From Bacilli bacterium (GTDB lineage Bacteria > Bacillota_I > Bacilli_A > RFN20 > CAG-826), in NCBI GenBank assembly GCA_024695235.1, contig JAILIP010000002.1, positions 7,093 to 71,092 on the forward strand: a stretch of 64,000 nt of DNA, in the 5' to 3' direction. A program made the position numbers and the translations under genes. Positions 58,469 to 64,000 of this stretch are shown in pieces; position 1 is the first letter of the stretch; every line of letters starts with the position of its first letter. The notes below the pieces were generated by a model that made no database searches, was not told where the DNA came from, and saw only the letters and a list, made by a program, of their open reading frames with translations.

Positions 58469-59263
58469 ATGAAAGATTGGATGTATGCATTAATTGGAAT
58501 ATCTCTTATCTTTGTATGCACGAGCATCGGCGCCCTTTTTGTCTTTTTCATTAGAAAACAAGTCTTACCAGAAAAGATTAGCAAGATATTTATTGGCTTT
58601 GCTTCAGGTGTCATGCTCTCTGCATCATTCTTTTCTTTGATTAAGCCAGCGTTAGAAACACATGTAACGTATATGCCTATATGGTTAGTTGTCGCTATAT
58701 CAGTTGTGTTAGGCGGTTTGTTTTTGTGGGCAATTGATAAAATCATTCCTCACTTTCACACGAAAGAAAATAAAGACGAAGGTTTGCCTACTAAAAGAAT
58801 GAGCAAAACAGGCAAGATGTTCCTTGCTGTAACAATCCACAATGTACCTGAAGGATTATCTGTCGGTATTGCCTTTGGTGTAGCATTTGCTAATGGCGGA
58901 GATAAAACTCTCCTTCTAGGAGCACTGCTCCTTGCCATCGGCATTGGCATTCAAAATATTCCGGAAGGGGCTGTTGTTTCTTTGCCAGTTAAAGCTGAAA
59001 CAGGTTCGTCTATGAAAGCTTTTTTGTACGGAATGTTCTCAGGTATTGTTGAACCTATTGCAGCAGTTATTGGATTATTCTTAGCAATGCAAATTCAAGG
59101 CATTATGCCATGGGCATTAGCATTTGCTGCTGGATGTATGATTTATGTCGTAGCAGAAGAGATGATTCCGGAGATGACTAGTGAAGGTCATGACCACTTT
59201 GGTGTGTGGTCTTTTATCATCGGTTTTGTCATTATGCTAGCTTTAGATTGCATCCAATTTTAA
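58469..59263 (+). CDS. zupT: ZIP-family zinc transporter
   Basis: HNVPEGLSVGIAF and IQNIPEGAVVSLP ZIP signature helices. Confidence 0.8.
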   Translation: MKDWMYALIGISLIFVCTSIGALFVFFIRKQVLPEKISKIFIGFASGVMLSASFFSLIKPALETHVTYMPIWLVVAISVVLGGLFLWAIDKIIPHFHTKENKDEGLPTKRMSKTGKMFLAVTIHNVPEGLSVGIAFGVAFANGGDKTLLLGALLLAIGIGIQNIPEGAVVSLPVKAETGSSMKAFLYGMFSGIVEPIAAVIGLFLAMQIQGIMPWALAFAAGCMIYVVAEEMIPEMTSEGHDHFGVWSFIIGFVIMLALDCIQF

Positions 59264-59337
59264 TTATTTATTCGTATTAGTGGAAATAATTTTATAAGTA
59301 TTTTAAAATACTTCATGCATGGAGGTTATATGAAAAT

Positions 59338-60666
59338 ATGAACGCTATTGATAAAAAACACTTATCAGCAGTCCTTGCTGAATATAAAAAAGATAAAGCA
59401 TCCACAGTTGCTCGTCATGCTCTTAGCAACGGAGAAATTGCTAATGTCGCTTTAGATAAAGACAGCGTCAAAGATATGGATTTCAATTTTGACATCAATA
59501 TTAAGACGATGACTGCAACAAACCAAAAACAATCAGGTAGATGCTGGATATTTGCCGCAACAAATGTCCTTCGTGAAATGATTGGAAAGAAGAAAAATAT
59601 TCCTTTCTTTGAGTTATCACAAAGCTATATCGCTTTCTATGACAAGCTTGAAAAGCTTAATTATGTCTTAGAAGCACATATTGAACTTATCGATAAAGAT
59701 TACGATGACCGTACACTTCAATTCATTCTTCAAAGCGGAATTGGTGATGGTGGTCAATGGGATATGTTTGTAAATGTCGTTAAAAAATACGGCGTTTGCC
59801 CAAAAAATGTCTATCCTGAAACATATACATCAAGCTCAACAAGATACATTAATTCACTCGCTAACGCTGAATTAAGAAAATTCGCTTCTGAGGCACATGC
59901 TTTATATAAAAAAGAAGGTCTTGAAGCAGTTAGAAAACTTAAAGATAGCTATCTTGATAGATTCTATCGTGCACTTGTTTCTTGCTATGGTCTACCTCCA
60001 GAAAAATTTGACTTCGAATACACAGATAAAGACGAAGTCTACCACATTGAAAAAGGCTACACTCCAGAAAGCTTCTATAAAGAATACGTTGGAGATATGC
60101 TTGATGAGTATGTAAGTGTCATTAACGCCCCAACAAAAGATAAACCATTCAATAAGAGCTTCACAGTTAAGTACCTTGGCAATGTAGCAGGTGGAAAGAA
60201 AGTCACTCACCTTAACTTACCAATGGAAAGAATGAAAGAACTTATTCTTGCTCAACTTAAAGATGGTCAAATTGTTTGGTTTGGTAGTGATGTTGCCTTC
60301 TATGGTGATAGACCAAAAGGTATTTGGGATGATAACGATTTTGATTTCAAATCACTTCTTGATTTAGACTATAAGATGGACAAAGGTGAATCGCTTGATT
60401 ATAGAGAATCACAAATGAATCACGCGATGTGTATTACCGGTGTTGCCCTAAAAGATGGTGTTCCATCCAAGTGGAAAATTGAAAACTCTTGGGGTGAAGA
60501 TGCTGGTAAAAAAGGATACTATATCATGTCCTCTTCTTGGTTTGATCAATACACATATCAAGCTGTCATTAATAAAAAATATCTTACCAAAGAAGAACTC
60601 GCAGCATATAATGCTGAACCAATTGAACTTAAACCATGGGATCCAATGGGATCACTTGCAAAATAA
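59338..60666 (+). CDS. pepC: aminopeptidase C (bleomycin hydrolase, C1B)
   Basis: QKQSGRCWIFAATNVLRE catalytic Cys region, C-terminal ...ENSWGED. Confidence 0.88.
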   Translation: MNAIDKKHLSAVLAEYKKDKASTVARHALSNGEIANVALDKDSVKDMDFNFDINIKTMTATNQKQSGRCWIFAATNVLREMIGKKKNIPFFELSQSYIAFYDKLEKLNYVLEAHIELIDKDYDDRTLQFILQSGIGDGGQWDMFVNVVKKYGVCPKNVYPETYTSSSTRYINSLANAELRKFASEAHALYKKEGLEAVRKLKDSYLDRFYRALVSCYGLPPEKFDFEYTDKDEVYHIEKGYTPESFYKEYVGDMLDEYVSVINAPTKDKPFNKSFTVKYLGNVAGGKKVTHLNLPMERMKELILAQLKDGQIVWFGSDVAFYGDRPKGIWDDNDFDFKSLLDLDYKMDKGESLDYRESQMNHAMCITGVALKDGVPSKWKIENSWGEDAGKKGYYIMSSSWFDQYTYQAVINKKYLTKEELAAYNAEPIELKPWDPMGSLAK

Positions 60667-60678
60667 GGAGAAAAAACA

Positions 60679-61425
60679 ATGCACAAACTCGTATTAATTA
60701 GACACGGTGAAAGCGAATGGAACAAACTCAATCTTTTCACCGGATGGACAGATGTTGAACTTTCTGAAAAAGGTGTAGAGGAAGCACATCGTGCTGGTAA
60801 AACACTTAAAGAAAAAGGTTATGACTTTGATATTGTTCACACCTCACTTCTTAAACGCGCTATTCACACAATGAATAACGTATTATTCGAACTTGATCGT
60901 GAATGGTTACCAGTTTATAAGTCCTGGAGACTCAATGAACGTCACTATGGTGCACTTCAAGGATTAAACAAAGCTGAAACAGCTGCTAAATATGGTGAAG
61001 ACCAAGTTAAGATCTGGAGAAGATCATATGATTGCCCACCTCCAGCCCTTGAACCAAATGATCCACGTAACCCAGCTTTGCAAGCTCAATTCAGAGAAGT
61101 TGATCCAAAGGATCTCCCACTAAATGAATCTCTTGAAATGACAGTTGCTCGTGCTGTTCCATACTTTGAAGAAGTTATTAAACCAGAAATGGAAGCAGGT
61201 AAAAGAGTCTTGATCGTTGCTCATGGTAATTCACTTCGTGCTTTAGTCAAATATTTTGACAACATGAAAGATGAAGAAATCGTTGGAGTTAACATTCCTA
61301 CAGGCGTTCCACTAGTTTATGAATTCGACGACAACATGAAAGCAGTTAAACACTACTATCTCATGGATGAAGAAGAATTAAGAAAACAAATGGAAGCTGT
61401 CGCCAATCAAGGCAAAGCAAAATAA
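60679..61425 (+). CDS. gpmA: 2,3-bisphosphoglycerate-dependent phosphoglycerate mutase
   Basis: [29 protein letters not shown] (RHGE His), HGNSLRAL. Confidence 0.92.
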   Translation: MHKLVLIRHGESEWNKLNLFTGWTDVELSEKGVEEAHRAGKTLKEKGYDFDIVHTSLLKRAIHTMNNVLFELDREWLPVYKSWRLNERHYGALQGLNKAETAAKYGEDQVKIWRRSYDCPPPALEPNDPRNPALQAQFREVDPKDLPLNESLEMTVARAVPYFEEVIKPEMEAGKRVLIVAHGNSLRALVKYFDNMKDEEIVGVNIPTGVPLVYEFDDNMKAVKHYYLMDEEELRKQMEAVANQGKAK

Positions 61426-61434
61426 ATCAAAATT

Positions 61435-61458
61435 GGAGTGATATTCACTCCTTTTTTG
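61435..61458 (+). terminator. rho-independent terminator after gpmA
   Basis: ggagtg-atatt-cactcc hairpin followed by TTTTTT. Confidence 0.75.
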
Positions 61459-61485
61459 TATACAATCAATTTAGAGGAATAATAT

Positions 61486-62331
61486 ATGAAATTTTGTCCT
61501 AAATGCGGTCAACAATTAGACGACGATGCTATCGTTTGTCCACGTTGTGGAGCGTCTCAAGAAAATTCTTCGAATGCAGTTTATTCGACAAAATTTAAAG
61601 ATTCTCCAACTGTTTCAAAAAGTGTTGAACAATCAGATTCAGCCCAACAACATATAGAAATCAATCCAGAAATCTATAATGATCCATCTTTTAGTAAGTA
61701 TTACAAACTACGTAAGATTAAAAGCTTATTGTCTTTGACAATAATACTTATTATCGTTAACGTTTTACTTGTTTTGTTCTTGCCATTCTTTACATTCAAT
61801 GGAGTTAACGTTGGTGATCCAACACTTATATCTTCATATCCAGTTACATTCAGTATTGTTGAACATTTTAAATATGGATTTATGCACGATACTGGTGCAA
61901 ATAATTTGTATTTTAACTTTGCTCCTGAATCAATCGTTAGTATGCCCGCAATTGTTTTAGCACTTGGTGCAATTGTGCCTGCTGTTATTGCTCTTATGGA
62001 CTTAGCATCTGCAATCCCTTCTAAGAAAGGATTAGCTACAGCATTAACCGTTTCTAAAAAGCAAGCAAAGAGACATTTAAATATGTTGGTTCATTCAATC
62101 CTTGGTGGATTCGCTGGAGTTATGAGCATTGCAACATTTATTTACATGCATTCAGTCATGAAGAATGTCGAATATGTTTACACTGATGGCAGAAGATATG
62201 CATTAGGAGAAATTATTGAAAATAAAGGCATGTTTGCAGCTGGTTTATCAGTATCAATTATTACCACATTAATTGTGGTTGCTACAGGCATCGTATTTAA
62301 CATCATTTTTGTTAAGAATTTAGAGGAATAA
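61486..62331 (+). CDS. zinc-ribbon domain membrane protein
   Basis: CPKCG...CPRCG N-terminus, 4-5 TM C-terminal. Confidence 0.5.
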   Translation: MKFCPKCGQQLDDDAIVCPRCGASQENSSNAVYSTKFKDSPTVSKSVEQSDSAQQHIEINPEIYNDPSFSKYYKLRKIKSLLSLTIILIIVNVLLVLFLPFFTFNGVNVGDPTLISSYPVTFSIVEHFKYGFMHDTGANNLYFNFAPESIVSMPAIVLALGAIVPAVIALMDLASAIPSKKGLATALTVSKKQAKRHLNMLVHSILGGFAGVMSIATFIYMHSVMKNVEYVYTDGRRYALGEIIENKGMFAAGLSVSIITTLIVVATGIVFNIIFVKNLEE

Positions 62332-62332
62332 T

Positions 62333-62674
62333 ATGGATAAAAAATTATATGATCGTTTGATGAAATTTAGAGACGATAGAGACTGGTCTCAATTCCATAC
62401 TGGAGAGAACCTCGCTAAGTCAATTTGCATTGAAGCAGCAGAACTTCTTGAAGTGTATCAATGGGACCACACTGAAAAATCTATTGATAAAGTAAAAGAA
62501 GAACTCGCTGATGTATTTTTATACGCTACTTTAATGGCGGATCACTACCATTTAAACATCGAAGAAATCATGCTTGAAAAGCTTAAGAAAAATGAAGAGA
62601 AATATCCTGCTGAATTAGTTAAAGGATCATCAAAAAAATATAATGAATACAAAATAAAAGCTCGTCAGAAATAA
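62333..62674 (+). CDS. MazG-like nucleotide pyrophosphohydrolase
   Basis: RDWSQFHTGENLAKSICIEAAELLE...ELADVFLY all-alpha NTP-PPase motifs. Confidence 0.75.
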   Translation: MDKKLYDRLMKFRDDRDWSQFHTGENLAKSICIEAAELLEVYQWDHTEKSIDKVKEELADVFLYATLMADHYHLNIEEIMLEKLKKNEEKYPAELVKGSSKKYNEYKIKARQK

Positions 62675-62704
62675 CTGACGAGTTTTTTATATCTAATTAA
62701 TATA

Positions 62705-63226
62705 TTAATTATTCTCTTCTTTTGGTGATTTGAAAATAAAGAATTTTCTTGATAAATAATTCCAAGCAAGAACCACTAAGGTTTTAAATCCGAAGAAAAG
62801 AATTGCCCACCAGAAAGACTTGGCAGAGAAACTATAATTTTTGTTATCTACAATAAACTTTAACCAGTCTTCAAAATTAGAATGTAAAGCGTGTGTGTCA
62901 ATTGCCTTAAAACCAATCATAATTCCGATTCCTAAAGCTAAACCTACACAGGACAATCCAACAAATAACGCAATATTTTTGAATGATTTTTTATCAACGG
63001 ATTTATCAACATTCTTGTATACCCAATATGCTGATAGGAAGTAGTTAATTACAAGCGAAACAATGAACCCGGCAGCGGTATAAATTACCTCTTTCCAAAC
63101 ACCTATTGAATCAGGTAAAAATGAGGCCACTAAATAGCTAACTAAAAAGTCTACAAGTGTAGCAATTACACCTGTGATGATGAAACGAATTATTTCTCCA
63201 GTTAGATATTTCTTTTTCTCATCCAT
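62705..63226 (-). CDS. GtrA-family membrane protein
   Basis: GEIIRFIITGVIATLVDFLVSYLV N-terminal GtrA signature, 4 TM. Confidence 0.7.
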   Translation of the reverse strand: MDEKKKYLTGEIIRFIITGVIATLVDFLVSYLVASFLPDSIGVWKEVIYTAAGFIVSLVINYFLSAYWVYKNVDKSVDKKSFKNIALFVGLSCVGLALGIGIMIGFKAIDTHALHSNFEDWLKFIVDNKNYSFSAKSFWWAILFFGFKTLVVLAWNYLSRKFFIFKSPKEENN

Positions 63227-63852
63227 TGTTTCTCCATTATAACCTAAAATGTTATAATCGTCGTATGGAAAAATTGCTCATCCACAAAAAAGAATATGAA
63301 ATTATCTCTTTACTTAAAGAAGGAGAGTTTTCTAAATCGTATAAATGCCACTTAAAAGGAAAGTTATTCTTTATTAAAGTTTTTAACGATGAATCTTCTT
63401 TAAAAGCAGATTTAGCAAACTATAAAACTTTAAAGAAATGTGGTATTAGAATTCCTAAATTAATTAAAGCATTGCCAAAAGAGAAAATATTAATCTATCA
63501 ATTCATTGATGGAGAGAACGCTTTAGTGAAAATTTCTCAAGGTGATTTAGATGAGATATATTACACAGAACTGTTTGAGCAATATCGTTTTGCTAGATTC
63601 TCTAAAATTGAGCTAAATTATCTACCAGAAAACTTTGTTTTATATAAAAATCAGCTCTATTATTTGTCACACGATTTTATGTCGCAAAACAAAGATAAAA
63701 ATCTTGAAAATTATGGCATATATTTTTGGTTTTATTCAAACGAACTAGCAAATCATTTACAAGAGCATGATTTACCAGTTGATAAGAAACGTATTCTCTC
63801 TAAAGGAGAGGTAAATAAAAAGATTGTTTTAACTTCTATCATGAAATGGTAG
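63226..63852 (+). CDS. hypothetical protein (possibly kinase-like); the true start may be the internal MEKLLIH
   Basis: No confident motif. Confidence 0.35.
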   Translation: MFLHYNLKCYNRRMEKLLIHKKEYEIISLLKEGEFSKSYKCHLKGKLFFIKVFNDESSLKADLANYKTLKKCGIRIPKLIKALPKEKILIYQFIDGENALVKISQGDLDEIYYTELFEQYRFARFSKIELNYLPENFVLYKNQLYYLSHDFMSQNKDKNLENYGIYFWFYSNELANHLQEHDLPVDKKRILSKGEVNKKIVLTSIMKW

Positions 63853-63864
63853 AATTATCTCACG

Positions 63865-64000
63865 ATGGAAAACGCGATTGTATTTTATCTATCTGCAAAT
63901 AAAAAACTTGCCACAGATGTAGCAAGAAAACTTTCACTTCCTTTGGGTGAGGTTGAACTTGAACGTTTTAAAGATGGCGAAATAATGGCTAGAAATCTTT
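63865..64000 (+). CDS. prs: ribose-phosphate pyrophosphokinase, 3'-truncated by window edge
   Basis: MENAIVFYLSANKKLATDVARKLSLPLGEVELERFKDGEIMARNL matches the Prs N-terminus. Confidence 0.75.
   Translation, partial: MENAIVFYLSANKKLATDVARKLSLPLGEVELERFKDGEIMARNL

Noticed and set aside
1-64000. CRISPR arrays, tRNA genes, rRNA genes, transposases or integrases
   Set aside because: No short regularly spaced repeats were found. I found no tRNA genes by eye; the only T-arm-like GTTC-N-AATCC sequence is the 3' end of the tmRNA. No ORF had transposase (DDE) or tyrosine/serine recombinase motifs. The accessory block near rpsF shows direct repeats but no recognisable mobility gene inside the window.

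Overview
This is a low-GC window (about 30-35% GC) from a Firmicutes/Mollicutes-like genome read with the standard genetic code; reading frames of up to 1637 codons are intact. A CIRCE/HrcA operator upstream of an N-domain-less clpB, many lipoproteins with LxxC lipoboxes and a tmRNA fit an Acholeplasma/Erysipelotrichia-like organism.

The backbone is housekeeping. It includes rpsF-ssb-rpsR, a DagK-family lipid kinase, cysK, gdpP-rplI-dnaB, cardiolipin synthase, ugd, ssrA (tmRNA), rlmH and an EF-G-like GTPase. Further along are clpB, rmuC, pdxK, glyA, two ABC exporter genes, a flavodiiron protein and eno. The 3' end holds a proline iminopeptidase, add, an HMA-zupT pair, pepC, gpmA, a MazG-like gene, a GtrA-like gene and a partial prs.

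Four things stand out against this backbone:
1. An accessory block at roughly 1-8700 lies immediately upstream of rpsF. It carries an AbiH-like gene, a small 4-TM protein and a 687-aa Cas4-like Fe-S PD-(D/E)xK nuclease fused to an RNase-H-like/DUF2779-type C-terminal half, packed as one cassette. It also carries two RhuM-family genes whose promoter region is present in three copies, with a perfect 33-bp direct repeat flanking the second RhuM gene.
2. A roughly 1.1-kb ORF-free, GC-enriched locus at about 33410-34494 has its own sigma-70-like promoter and an intrinsic terminator. It is built from at least 3.5 diverged tandem copies of a ~330-nt unit with conserved sequence islands, which makes it a candidate large structured ncRNA.
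3. A 1637-aa surface protein combines several Big_2 domains with a C-terminal clostripain-like (C11) cysteine peptidase domain.
4. Several small regulatory or sRNA-like elements occur. These are a higBA module with an operator palindrome, a structured element upstream of the flavodiiron protein gene, a hairpin-terminated mini-transcript plus a 30-aa sORF upstream of eno, and a GAGACTA x4 array.

No CRISPR array, tRNA or rRNA gene was seen.
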